A DNA stretch of 60,672 nt, the filler included, from Sphacelaria rigidula (taxonomy: Eukaryota), in assembly GCA_964200075.2 (NCBI GenBank). It is 8 parts of 8 records of this genome, joined end to end, with 100 filler letters (N's around TTAATTAATTAA, not from the genome) between each part and the next. Parts side by side here need not be neighbours in the genome. Positions count along the whole stretch, not along the records: positions 30,389 to 37,884 come from CAXNAA020014651.1; positions 37,985 to 45,480 come from CAXNAA020014652.1; positions 45,581 to 53,076 come from CAXNAA020014653.1; 5 more parts are not named here. One strand, 5' to 3'. Of the stretch, positions 34,901 through 48,700 are shown in pieces. A program made the position numbers and the translations under genes. How positions within the stretch are numbered: position 1 is the first letter of the stretch; every line of letters starts with the position of its first letter. A model generated the notes under the pieces. It ran no database searches. It was not told the DNA's origin and saw only the letters and a program-made list of their open reading frames with translations.

Positions 34901-37707
34901 GTCAAGCAACAANNNNNNNNNNCCCCCCCCCCCCCCCCCGCCCCAAAGACATCTGGTCCCAAACGATCGTCAGGTAACCCAAGAAAAAAATCATGCCCCC
35001 CCCCCCCCCCCCCCCCCCTTCCTCCTCCTCTCCTCTCTCTGTCACCAGTCTCTGACTCCTTCACACAACCAGGATCCCTACCCCAATCACTTCTGCGCCA
35101 CACACCCCTCTTCGTGCGGTAGCTTGCCTCTCGGTAGATAGGTGGCAAGAGGCTGTGGAGGTAATGCGAACAGCTTTGGCCGATCCTGATTCGGTGGACC
35201 GAATCAACTTCAAGCAGACTCTGGTGGCGTGCGCCGCGGCAGGCGAGGTGAGCGTGGCGCACCAGCTCATCGAAGAGCTTCATGAGGCGGGGCGTCTGAT
35301 CCCGAAGAGCACCCTCAAGTATGTGGAGTTCGCAGAACAAGTGAGTCTTTCAGCAACAAAAAGGGGAGGATAGGGGGATAAACAACCTGGTTTCATAAAG
35401 GCTACTCGCATGACTGGCGTTGCATGCGTCTTTTCTCGTGTCCATCTTCCTGCACCAGTTCAATGATGGTCATGTAGGATTTTCCTTCCTGTCCGTTTGA
35501 AAGATGGGCACGTGAGATTTTCACTTTTGCCGTGCATTTCGATGATGGTCATATTGGATTGTTTTCGACCCAGCCAATCATGCGTGTTTCGACTGATAGT
35601 AAGAGTTTCCTTACCATCCGGGTCGGTCATTTCCGATTCGTGAAATGTCGCGATATCGGCGTAATGTTCGTCCCTGGAAGAGTTTCACTTGCCACGACAA
35701 CAATATGTGTTTCCGACCAATGTCATCGAGCCATAATATCTTTGGAAAGTGCCAGTTTATATCGTGAATAAGAACGACCTAGAGAACTACACTTTGTAGC
35801 CTTGTGTTTTTGACAATGTATCATCGAGCCATGCTTCTCAAGCCATACACGCTCATTCGCTCTGGTCGAGTACCAAATACGTTGAACAAGCCCTGGCGTC
35901 ATTCCTGAATTCAATATATATTTTTGCTTCTCCAGATCAATCGTGTCATGGGTTTACTGGGTACTCCATGGCCGTAATCAAATCCGGAGCACCAAGTATG
36001 TATGTTCATTTTATCAGCGGTAGCAGGTCGGAGTACACCCTACTCATGTGTCCTACATACAGCATCATCCACCGTGAGTTCACGACAGGGGATAGGGATT
36101 GAATACCACTTCAATGGGATTCGTTGCCTGGGGATGAGCAATCTAGCTTCCCTGTTATGGCCTGAAGATTTCAGCCTTTTTCGTGTCACCACGTGGTGCT
36201 GCGATGGTATATACAAAAGCGTCAGCAGGGCTAGTGCGGGCGATAGTATTTATGGATTGCACGTTGACACGGAGAGAGTTATAGACTCCGGGATCTGAGA
36301 TTGTCACCTTTTCCCCACGACTTCCATTATTTTCCAGGTTTTTTTGAAGCATGGGCCACAGTCGGCGGCGGACAGGTGCCGAAAATTTTCTAGCTTGGCA
36401 TCGTCACAATCGACAGTTTCCTCGGGTTCAGGTTCTGATGTTGCTGCTGTTACGTGGCACGATGAGGACAGTGTAAAAAAGAATCGCGGCCGTGCGAATG
36501 GGGCTGAATTTTCGATGTCGGCGATCGAATCGCAATTCCATAGACACGGGGAAAAGGAGACTGAGGAGGAGGGAGAAGTAAGCATATCCGAAGAAGGTGT
36601 GACTGTCACGGATGGCGATGCCTTCGGTTCCGCCGCATCGACGGCGACCGGCGCCGCTGGCCCCGCCGGTGTGGAGCATGTTACAGGAGACGTGCTGGAT
36701 GAACACGCTAGCGTGTTGACGGAAATGCAACCGGCGTTACTGCAAGACATCTCGCCGCTATCCCCCTTCGCCGGAGCAGCGGCAGCTGCAGTAGTACGAT
36801 CCCCGATGGAGGAAGAGATTTTCGCCCGTCAACCTTCTCCGTGTAGTACGATCTCGATGACCACAGCAGCACCAGCTGTGGATGAAGATGGCTTCGCAGA
36901 GAATACCCCGCCTTCTTCCACCGATGTCACTGCAGCTGCCGCGAGAGCACTAAGTTTGCCGTCAGAACGGGCGGTCATGCTCGCTGACAGTTCATCGACG
37001 CCTCTCGGTAGAGAGAACGAAAGGGCTTCTCCTATTGTTACAGGAAGAGAGTTACCGACTCTCCACGATATAAAGGGCTCAGCTGAAGAGCAGAACAAGC
37101 TTCGCGGCAACACTTGCAGCAGTGATTCAGGTGCTGGTACGAATCAAGCGCCCAAAGATACTGACACTGATGATAAGGATCGACTGAAGGCGGCTGCATC
37201 CGCCTCCCCCGCAGCCGCAGACAATGCTGGAAAGAGCAATGGGAAGAAGAAAAAAAGAGCGCCCCTGGTGTGGGAGCCACCGTACTCCTCTCGGAAATTT
37301 GTCCTGTGCGTCAAAGAGCTGTCCAACCGGGGTGACGGCCGAGACGCCGTGAAACTCTTAAGAACCGCTATGAAAAGCCCCGAGGTAAAAGTGACCATGG
37401 TCATGTACGAGGCCGGAGTCATGTCGGCCGCGCGGCAGGGCCTAGTGGAGGAAGCGATGAAGATTATGTCGTGGATTCGGGAGTCAAAGCTGAAACCTAG
37501 CTCGATGTGTCTGGTGTGGGCTATTCGTGCCTGCGGCAAGGCTTCCGAGGTGAACGTTCCTCTGGCCCTTGCTTTGCTGAGGCAGATGGATCCGCCCGAC
37601 GCATGGGGTTACTCGGCGACCTTGAGTGCGTGCGCGAACGGGGGGCAGTGGGAGACGGGCCTGTCGCTGCTGGAGGAGATGCCATCGGCAGGCTTGAGGG
37701 CAAACGT
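31909..37707 (+). CDS. Pentatricopeptide-repeat (PPR) protein, probably mitochondrion-targeted, 3'-partial; exons 31909-32976, 33375-33629, 34345-34507, 35123-35340, 36338-37707
   Basis: Multiple ~35-aa PPR motifs (MFNATVSALAKSGRWSEGLAVMEDMKKAGHSPD; TFAAAISACGKAGQWERAISLLDEM; YSATLSACANGGQWETGLSLLEEM); all junctions GT-AG and phase-compatible; Arg/Ala/Ser-rich N-terminus lacking acidic residues. Confidence 0.93.
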
Positions 37708-38037
37708 GTGAGTGGGGTGACTGTACCATTTGTGTTTTTTGTGGTGTAGAGGCGGTGGCAGCGTCACAAAGATAGATATTGCTGCTCTGCTCACTCTTCT
37801 TCAAATCTGTTCATCCGCTGATTTCGTATGTTTTATCTTGAATGAAAACGTCAGTCACCCCCCCCCCCCCCCCCCCCCCCCACCNNNNNNNNNNNNNNNN
37901 NNNNNNNNNNNNNNNNNNNNNNNNNNNNTTAATTAATTAANNNNNNNNNNNNNNNNNNNNNNNNNNNNNNNNNNNNNNNNNNNNCCATAGCGGTGGAGGG
38001 AGGGCGCGCGCGACGAGGCGGGGGGGGGGGGGGGGGG

Positions 38038-38070
<33 letters not shown>

Positions 38071-38191
38071 GGGGCGGTCAAAATATTGGACGCAAAATTT
38101 GACGACCGAAACACTTGAATAGGCGTGATCTGTGCGATAGATAAACCTCTCGAACTTGAACACAAGTTGACGTTGATCCAAGCACACGCAC

Positions 38192-41100
38192 CCTGTACCA
38201 TGTCGTGGTCCCAGGTCAAAGGGTCGTTGGGAGTGCCCCCATAGGTGTAGTCCGTACCAACGCTGTCTCCGTCCAGCGCGGCCTCCGCGAGCATCGACAT
38301 CGTAGCGCATTGTCCGTGACCACTACAGGCCAAACCGGTGGCAATTGCACCGCCGTCTGCATCAAGTGATTTTGTGTGTAAGATAAAGAACTTGAAGAAA
38401 AATAGAGTGCTATACTGCAACTGCAATGTGCAATTCGTGTAGACAGTGCATTAGAGCCTGACAAGGATTAAAACTGCTGCAAGCTCTCATCGACACGTTC
38501 ACACGGTATATTATTCCCCCTTATTAAATCATGTTGAATTTGTTGCGGGTCATTTTCTGCTCGAAGGCTGATCCGCTTCAAGACCGAATTTCCGCTTTTT
38601 CTGCCTTCAGATTCATCGCGGAGCGAACAACATGAACCAATGAACCTGTCCGCCAATCAGCCGATCAACCATTTGATACATCAACCATTTGATACATCAA
38701 CCATTTGATACATCAACCATTTAATCCATCAACCAATCAACCAATGAACCCATCGATAAAAGGTCACCCGAACTCACATGGTGGAATACTTTACCTGCAT
38801 CAACCCCGTCGTCGTCTCCCTCGCTAAACACCCCGGAAGCCCCGGGGCACGACATCCGATCACATGCGGACCCCTCGAATCCACTCACGCAGGCACACTC
38901 TCCCGTGATACGATTGCAGGTGCCCATGTCCGAACATTCTGTGCGGGTCAAGTGCGCGGTGTTATCGGCCGTCGGGCTGGAAAACCAGGACTTTCCGCTG
39001 GGGCAGGTTTTCAGGGAGCAGTCCGCGCCCTGCCAAGTATGGTTGTGTGTTGGAGTCAACGCACATGTCAGAGATTCAACACAACGGTTGATATATATAT
39101 ATATATATACATACACACTGTACATATGAAGTGTGTGCGAGGAATTGAAGAGCAGTGGCTCAATCTATTTAGCCTGATCTACGCACTTGCTTCACAAGAA
39201 GTCATTATCCGCTGGAATTACGCATGCTACAGTGATTTCCAGAGTCTGTTCACGTACACACGTAGTGGGCTGATGTTCGTGATGACTGTGAGTATTAACG
39301 TCGCCGATCAGTCTCAGAAGCATGTAGATACGTGCGGCGAAAGAATTATACCGGTGGTACACACAGCCCTTACCTACAGGTGTAGACGCTACACATGCCG
39401 CTGGGATAGTTGCTTAGACACATTGGTGAAGGCCGTGGTGTGCCTGTTGGTTGCGCAATCCCTCATTCATGTTCGCACTTAAACATAAAATCAACAAACA
39501 CAATTCCTGCCTGCCAGCCATCGCTGCATTCACAAGCATAGGTCGGCGACCCCGCGCATACGCCGTGCCCAGAGCATGAGATTTCACCGGGGCAGTGCGT
39601 GACGGCGGTCACTACGTAGCCGCAGTCTCCCCTGCGGCCCTGCTTTGTATTGGTGCAGATGTTGGAAAAGGGGTGTCAGTTTACACATGGGCGGGGCGGG
39701 ATGAGGAGATGTGACTGTGATTCAGAAACAGTGGTCTGGACACATCAGGTTAATCCGCAGCGTCGATGATCCAGTAGAGGGGGTTGTGGCTTGTGACAAC
39801 TGTGGCTGGGAGAACTGTATGCCTTGCATAATATATGTGGGTTCAACGAACAAAAAATATGTATCTTGTGCTGAAGAATTGTTGCAGCTAGCAGCTCGGC
39901 ACACGGGTTTCCGCCGACACTGGAACATGCATTTTGACGGCAGGAGAGGTGCGTGCTAATGTCTACCAAACGTGTCATGAGGACTTCTGCACAAGGCGTT
40001 TCGTGTTCGGCGTGAAGGCACTGTGTACTTACTGTGCGTATACTGAGAGCTAGAACATGTGCGTATGTTCGGGACGTATGCATCCCACACTATTTAGGCA
40101 CCCACGAAGGCAACCAATGACGTGCCATCTCTCCTTCGTTGAACCTATTTCGCACTGCTTTGCAGTTTTTGCGCTGTTGCCAAAATCATTGACACGGGTG
40201 ACGAATAAACAAATGTCGATGTGGACCAACAAAGCACGGCAAAGATCCAAGGCGCCGAAAAACGTCACACAGCTTTCGACCCGAGCTGACACGCTGTCTC
40301 CTTCGGAAGGGAGATCAGACAGACATACGTGCCTCGGTGTTGTCACCGACATACGTACCTCGGCGTTGTAACCGTCGCTGGTGTCGAATTCAGGCTCACA
40401 AGTACACAGTCTCTCGTCGGTGTCACATAAGCCCCTGCCGGAACAATCGATGGATTCTTTGGTTCCTGTAACCGATTCGATGACCTAAGAGAGCAGAGTA
40501 GTGGGCAGTGTTGTAGCGGCAGTGATAGCAGTACGGTACAATTTCTTCGAAGGTATTGTTGATACACAAAAGTGCTCGCAGAAAAAAACCTTGGACCTTA
40601 GGTTGGCGACCCAAGCGTATGGAAAGACTGGTATCCACCGAAGAGCAGTTTTTCAGCGACTCCAGATGTAAATACACATCTGTTGTTAGCAGCAAGAAAT
40701 CGTTCTGTCATCTTTTCTTGGAGATGGGCAATGCGAACGCGATTTAAACTAGCACGATGAATACGCTGACATCTACGCAATATTCGGGATTTTGGGTCAC
40801 TTTCTCGCAGAAACTTATCCCCCCCCCCTCTGGCGTTCACCTTCGACGACTTACGTCAATGCTGGCCGTTATCCCCGTGGTGGAGTGCGTAAGCTTTGAA
40901 ACGCCGGGTACCATTAATGGCACGTCACCAAAGTCTTGCAGGAATTCTACGGTCCACGAGTGACCCGCCATACTGCACGCCTGCCGACGCGTAGTTGCGA
41001 AACAACCGCGTGACCGATATTATGTGCATCCGGTTGTTGGGTAAAAGGAAGCACTACACTTCTGCTCTCCTATACCAGCCGGGCGGCACGTCGTGGTTGT

Positions 41101-44100
41101 TTGTTTGTTTGTTTGTTTGTTTGTTTTTTATTTTCGAGCACAAAATTCCGGAGGGCATGAGGAACAGCAGGAGGGTTCATGTCGAGGCATGCTTGCTGCT
41201 CTTTCGAAGCGTGGCCAGCACGAGCGCTATTGTTGCTACTTGGGTGCTTGTCCACGTGCAATCGTGTTGGGGGGAACACTAATCTCAGTGATACTGTCTT
41301 TCTCATACCTTGACCGTAGCGTGATTACATGAAACTTACTCCATGCAGGAGCCTCCATCGAAGGCCACGGATATGCATGACAACAACAGATATGGGTGAC
41401 CACCAAGCTTTGCATGTGTGAAGGCCCGACCGATAAAATGATGGTCACAAGCTTAGCTCGCGATTATGCGCGGACCAGGTGTTCAATCTTTGCTATATGC
41501 CTCTTGTATGTTTCACATGAATCGTACCGTTATTCCTTCAAGCCCTACATGAAATTTTGCTCCCCACAGGCATGAGATGTACTGGGGTACACTGTGTGGT
41601 CGTGATTCTTGCTTTTTTCTCGGCATGATGAGCGGAGTTTGCGTGCGCCAGAACATTTTCTTGTTTCGTGTCCTTTTTCTCGATGATTCTCACACGTCAG
41701 CTTCTTCAGCCTCCAACGGCCAGAGAGTAGAGTGCGGAAAGAATACATACGCAAATGCTCATCTTGAATATAGATATGTGTGCTGAATCTACATTTGTTT
41801 ATGCGTACCGATGGTCGACAGACCCGTCGGTCACGGCAGAGACCATTCCGACAATGACGTGGCACGGACCAGCCCGAAGAGGTTTGTCTTGCCTACACTT
41901 GTTAGATCTCGTGACCCTGGACAACCGCCTGCATTACCCCTAAAGAGCACGATATTACGAAGCCGGGCACACAGGCTGGCCACAACTTGCTCAAGCCCCT
42001 TCTTGTCCTCACGTGACACGAAGAAATGTGAGTCACGGGGTATCAGGACAATTGTATTGGTCATTAGTAGGTGAGGCGGGAGGTATCACTTCGTTGGCAG
42101 CTTCCGTAGCCCTACCGAAGAGAATGCGTTAACGTGCTCTTCATTGGTTCTTGAGAAGAAGAAAGATACCACTCACTTACCGTCTGGGACTACAGCAACG
42201 AACTTGACAGAGAAGCTGAATGTTTACCTAGTTGTATATGGTTGGGCCCTCTTTCTCCCTGACAATAAAGTTAACAAATGAACGGGTGGCGTTCGCCAGG
42301 AATTGGATGCTTCACCTCCGTGTCTGAAGAAGAAAATTGAATGCTAGTCGCTGTGTCGTAAGAGCCGTAAAGGCTGGGTAGATCCTGCAAGGCGTCCGCA
42401 ATATCTTCCGCAGATGCGTCGGAAGCAATGGCGCTGGTGGTGAACCCCCGGAATGTCAGTGTAAACGTTCCTCCCGTAGCCGTGCACGTCACTTCTTGTT
42501 GCTCGTTGTACTGCTCTCCGTCGGGGTCCTTCGATGGTGGTGTTGGAGGTGATGGCGGCGGGGAGGAGGGTTGAGAGTCGAAGATATGAGCGCACTTGGG
42601 AATTATGGGGGTAGTATGGGATAGCTATTGAAAACAAAAAATACCAATACTGACGAGCAGGTCAGACCTGTTCATCTGTGTGGTGAGCTAGGGACGAGAA
42701 GGATTTTGTCCCACACGAATGCAGAAGATATTACGCGCGCGAGGCAAAGCCTTCAGCAGCGTTTGAGCGTGCATTCTTGCAATTTTACGTTAATTCACAT
42801 GCATTTGAGTCGTGAAAGGGCATGGTGGAAGAAGTAAGAGAAAATAGCGCGCAGCAGGAGCCTCAGGAATTTAATCGTGTGGTTGAACCCATCGAGCGCC
42901 CATGGTTTCCGTTCCGTGATCGTTTCCGCCGACAGACCCACCAATCTTTGGAGGACGGTTTCTGTAGGCGTATACTTCCTCTGTTTCACAATTCTGTGCA
43001 GTTACATTTGTACGAGCCCTTCACGATGTCCAAATTGAGTTTCGTTTTTTTAATGCACTCGTTGGCGTTTTTTTAACCAAGAGCATCAGCCTTTCCACCA
43101 CGTGGGTGCTTGACCCGCGCAGCCTCGCGGCCGAGAAAAAGTAGGTCGGTCAAAATATGGCAATTTTTCGCTCTTTTTCCCCGTCAAGCATAGGCGACCC
43201 GGGAACACGAAAAATCGCGGGAAAGTAAGAGAAAAAAAAACGAAAATCGCAAAACCACCATTGATTCCGGACATCTCCGTGACGTTAATCTACGCACGCC
43301 CCATCTAACGAACTTTCAGCATGCAATCGCTAGTGCTCGACGTAAAAACTCCCAAAATCGGTCAACATAGGGGAGTACCTGGACCAATAACGGCCAAAAT
43401 GTGAAATATCTTGACTTGTATTTAGTGTTGAAGAACACCTTTGATTTTTTTTTTTAGTGAGCTTGGTATGCGCATTGTGATTCTAACGCACCCGGGTACG
43501 GGATGAACGTCAACGTGGGAGTACTCTAACGATAAAGCGCCCATAACTGCACAGACTTATGAAACAAAGGAAGTATAGCGGCCAGCACAAGGGGTGCAAA
43601 ATGGCAAGTTATAGGCTACAGGCGCACATCATAATTTTCCCATGGTGGAGGAAAGAGGGTGCGTGTATTGTTCTATCATGCATTGTTCTACTGCGTGTGA
43701 TGTACGTTTGACACGGCCGCCGCGACTGTATGTTTATACCGTTCTATCACGGCAATATGCTTTTACTGGTCATGGGTTTTGCACGAAGAGCTATGGCACG
43801 TTGCAGGTGCACGGAAACAGCCCTTACATGGAGGAGCTGTCACTCAATTGAATACTGCTATGCCAGATCCTCTCCGAAGTTCTCCCTTTTAGCGTCTAAT
43901 TGCAAGTATCCGTCTGGAAGGCTCAACATACACCATTTTTTGCAGGAACGAGGTGAAACAGCGTGAAGCTTTCATCAACACAAGTTAGCCTCAAACGGGT
44001 GGAGGAAAACTTGCTGAGTTGTGAATTTTTGGTACGATAAAAATCATTCAAGATTTCAGCACCGTTTGTAAGCTCGTCTACCTCCCTGTGAACACATAGG

Positions 44101-44559
44101 CTACAGTACATAGCATATGAATCTTACTCACAACTGTATTTTGCTGAACCACAAAATGACAAAGTAGATGAGCTTCAGTTAATGCACTGTAGTACTCCTC
44201 TGTTCAATAAATAACCGATGTAGAACTCAGCAACGGATATCCGCAATCGACCTCTGCTTGCTTACACACACGATCATCCAAGTACACATGAAAATGTACG
44301 CACCTCCTCCGTTCCCGTAAGAGGATCGTCCCCCACAGAACAAATCCGAAGAGTACACGCCGGTCCAGAGTAGCCGACATCACAGTGACACCCGTACATC
44401 ATTTGAGCATCCCAGACATTGGTATAGTCATAGATGTCCCCCTCTCCGGGATCCTGCACAGAGGCAAAGTAGGACATACTCTGGCACCGGCCGTGATTGC
44501 TGCAGTTGTGTGGACACGTTCTGCGCCCGCATGCTTGCCCCTCGAATCCAGAGTCACAT
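38192..44559 (-). CDS. EGF-like/tenascin-type cysteine-rich repeat protein, partial at both ends; exons 44559-44304, 42528-42316, 40980-40855, 40484-40359, 39639-39511, 39029-38795, 38356-38192
   Basis: Repeated CSxHG/CSGRG/CSDMG-C and CxCxxG[FYW]xGxxC motifs, GDDPLT and GGTFTLTFRG motifs; all seven exons join in frame. Confidence 0.92.
38665..38750. repeat. Intronic 16-bp minisatellite (ATCAACCATTTGATAC)x3 plus decayed units
   Basis: Directly visible. Confidence 0.9.
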
Positions 44560-45580
44560 CTGACTCGATTACAAACATCGGAGGAGTAGTGTGTTTCATG
44601 TAGAAAGGTGGGAAGTGATATGCATCATCAGTCCTTGGTTTCAGACGTCAGGAGAAGACTACGGAAACCGTCATGCTCTTCGTCCAAGATAGCATTACTG
44701 AGGCAATATTTTTCTCGCTTCCATTCCCACATCTTTATACGACCTTATAACACAGTGTTGCTAGATGGATTGACCTTTTCGGGACATGGATACACGATCC
44801 AACACTTTCACCGCCAGGGTGGGCAATCTGAGTCTCATGTTCAGTCTTCAACTGAAAATGATGCCGGTTGAACAGATAACAGCCGATTTCAAAGTTTGGG
44901 GTTCAACACGAAAATGGGGCTGAAGTCGCATTTCTCTATTACAGGGAAGATACGAAAGAGTAACAGAGCGAAAGTATCTTCCCCCCCCAAACTCCGCAGG
45001 AGGACTTGACCGTCAGACCGCGAGAGTAGGTCACCTGCTGAATCGGCATCAGTATTCACTTGGAAAAAGTACACGCGTGGTCCAGATGGACTACAGGCAC
45101 CGCGGTCCAAGGGTTAAGCAACTCTGGCGAGGTGCACCCAACGAAATGCGGTGTACACGCGTGTCGATGACGTTATCACCAGAGAGAGAAGCAACGACAG
45201 AGAGGAAGCTCCTCGCCCGTGCCCTTTGTGTGTCCCCGCTCGGTGATTACCAAACTCTCGAGAGGCTGGCATCCTTGATCTTACCAGCATGTGCCAAAAT
45301 TTTCATATGCCAGAGCATCGACGTGCGGAGAAATTCCGTGTCTCTTCTTGACGGTTGCCATCGCGAACATCGATTTCTCTCTGCCTCTCCTTTTGGACAG
45401 GACGTGCCTCTGTGCGCTGAAAACCATGTTGAAAAAATAGGGCAATGTTCCCGTCACCGCTACTACTGTTCTCTGTCACANNNNNNNNNNNNNNNNNNNN
45501 NNNNNNNNNNNNNNNNNNNNNNNNTTAATTAATTAANNNNNNNNNNNNNNNNNNNNNNNNNNNNNNNNNNNNNNNNNNNN

Positions 45581-45620
45581 AGAAGGTTACGAGGTTACCA
45601 ACTGAGCCACCGAGGCGACC
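45581..45620 (-). mobile_element. 5' tRNA-like head of a SINE, cut by the contig start
   Basis: GTCGCCTCGGTGGCTCAGTTGGTAACCTCG matches the SINE heads at 53968 and 54337. Confidence 0.75.
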
Positions 45621-45709
45621 GGTATAGTGGGTAATGACAATCAATCAATCAATCAGTCAATGAAACATGGCCCTCGACAATGCTTCACCATCATTAGCAT
45701 CAGCAGTAC

Positions 45710-48700
45710 CTGGAAGTGTGTGTCCTTGTCGTAGACGTGCATGGATCCTCCAGCCCCCCGACACGTACCCCCATCCTTCCCGTAAAGCTCGGCCATAATC
45801 CTGCCGGCATCAACGCCGCTGGCAAGGGCGTGCGTGTGCTCACGGTAGTAGCTCATTTTCTTGTCGGCGTTGGTCAGGCTGTCGGCCACCAAGGCCGGGA
45901 TTCCCTCCTGTGTAGAGGTGGGCACCGTTGAAAAAAAAAGAAGCCGTTACAACCGGTTCTTGGAAACACTAGTAGGCGTTCACCGGTTTCGGTTCTGGAA
46001 AAAGATTTTCTATTTTACGAGATTTTTCCCGGTTGGACCGGTTCCCAGATGAACCCGGTCAACAATCTTGGAACCCATTGACGATTTCTGTTTCTGCGAA
46101 TCGGCATCATCTTCCTTCATTTTCAAGTCAAAATGATGCCGATTCACGAAAACAAAAATCGTCAGTGGGTTCCAAAACAATTAACCGAAAGGAGGCGTTA
46201 TTCCGTGTGGGTAAATCTTGCGATGATTTCGAGTGGGCGTGGTGCCGTCGTCGCAGGATTTCTTGACTTGTACCTAAGCCAGGCATGGTCGATTCGACTT
46301 TCAACCGGCGCCATCTTCCACAAAAGAGGAGTCACGTGCTGGTGTTTGAGGGACAATGTCACACCGAGTGATGTGTAAGACTACGCGTTTTTTTAGGCGG
46401 CGCAAGTGGGCTTGAACTTTTTCTTTACTCTGAACATATACCTTAGCTTCCCCACCGAGAATACTACCATCATAGTGTTGGCACACGCACACAACAAGTC
46501 TGGCCTGGCCGTCGGTGTTTTTTCCTGTAGCTGATGCTATGTTTCATCACCCATCACCCTTGTACGATTAGACTACTGAGCCACTGTTTTTCTGTGGGGC
46601 GAAATTGCTCACAGAGAATAGCGTGGTTTGGGTGGTTTGCAGCGTCTAGTGTGGGTTTTAATCTGGCGAAAACCTGGCGTGCTTCATCCCGTGTTTTTGA
46701 GGTTGTAAGGATGTGATGCCAATGGTCTTATGACAACGGTCTGCAATATCATGAGGTTCTCCCACCCCCGCCCCCCCCCGTTCGTGTTACGAATCCAGCC
46801 GTATGGGTTTGAATGCACGTAGGCCACTAGTAAGGCACACATGAAAATAAAACCGGAGTGCATGACAAAACACACATCGAACAGAAAATGGAGTATAATG
46901 ACAAAAATTTATATATACGAAAAAACGCATAGATCACATGATTAGCACAGCTAGTAGAGAATCGAGGACAAGCACATCCAGCCGGAACGGACCGGACCAA
47001 ACTAACCTGACCATTGTCGAGGTGCATAAACCCGCGGATCTTCCCCTGCATATAAGCCTGGTTGCAGGCGTTCTCGAAGGCCCGGCACAGGTGCATCATT
47101 TCCAATCCCTTCAGCTGATCCTCCTTAGAAATCATGTCGTACTTCGACTTTGCCCCCGCATCAATGCCGAAATCCTTCACTAAACACTCCCAGACGTTCT
47201 CCCACTTGATGTCCGACGGAGGGCGCATAACCTGTCAAATCAAAATAATACAACAGGAAAAAAACACATACACAGAAATACAAAAAAAAACTCAATTTCA
47301 AGCTTGTCTCATGTAAGGTACGAATCTTTGTAAGCCCGGAGTACTTCCCTGGGGTAGTTCCCCGTACCCGATAGTTCCCCGTACCCGATAGTTCCCCGTA
47401 CCCGATAGTTCCGTGAGTCTTGTAAACGTTTCACACCGGTACCTGGCACTTCTGTAAAATCTATACGAAATTCACCAGGAGCACGGAAAAACCCTTGTAG
47501 AAATACCTGCTTACCGGTGAGGGTTTCTGCACAACCTCTGCACCGTACCCGATAGATTCTGTGAGTTTTGGCAGACTTCCATAACTGGTACCCAACAGTT
47601 CTGTACGCTGTGTTCGTTCTACAAGATATGCTATACCCCACCGAACATACCCGTACCTTATAGAGACAGAAACTCGCAAATAAACATAAGTCACGCGGGG
47701 ATAACAAAAAAAACGAACATGAAGGCATGTGCTGGTGAAGTATATCAATAATTTTCTCCCCCAATGAAAACAAATAGTCAGTGCACAGTCAGCCAGTCTT
47801 TCACCAAACCAAAAATGCACAAAAAACCATCCAACTCATTACGTTCTCGTTCTTCATCCCCCCGCGGGTCATTATGTCACTCGTACACGGTGCAGCGAAC
47901 GGAACACAGGTGGCACGGTGCTGAAAAAAAAAACAATGTCCATGTCCTGCGAAACCAATTTCTCTGTCTACCTAACTCTTTTGGCGCTAGTTGAAGCCCC
48001 TCGAATCCTTCGAATCCTTGGGGGGCTTTGTCGAAACTACTTGAAGAATACTCTCAAAATTGGCCCAATAAAAGCTCAACACGACACTATTTTCCCCCTT
48101 CACAGTCCGAACGCCAATCGTTCCCTGACCCTCGCCGCCGACAGTGTCGCCAAAATTCGGAGGATGACTCCCCGAACTTTGGACGATGATTACAATATAC
48201 GCGTAGACAGCCACCAGCAGAACGGGAGAGCGCTAACTGGAAAATTTTATTGCAGGATGACCCGCCAAATGTTGGACAATGGCTGTAGTGTACACGTAGA
48301 TGGCCGCCGGCAGGAAGGGTGGACATTAACTGTATTCTTGTTCGAGGATGACCCCGCAAAAAATTGGACGATGCCTACGATTGATGCGTACATTAACTGG
48401 ACTTTCCTAAACTCGAATCTATGACCAACAGGACTACAGCAACCTATTCATGTTCTATCATGGTTGAAATGAGTGGCCTGTATTTTTTTATCTGCACATC
48501 ACAGATCATGCCAATGCTGCCCATGACGTGGGTGACGCGTGACACACACATATTCATATAGCCTCATCGTTCAAAATACTCGTGGCAAAAACACGGACAT
48601 CATTCCTTCAGGACAACCCTAAAACAAAGCAGCAGCCCGAGCAAGCGAAGTCCTCATACAGACCGTTCGTTCTACGGTATCATTCATTGCCAAGGACTTT

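Noticed and set aside
38665-38750. CRISPR-like array (also 47361-47410 and 59540-59810)
   Set aside because: Repeats are directly tandem or irregularly spaced, with no unique spacers and no cas genes; eukaryotic context.
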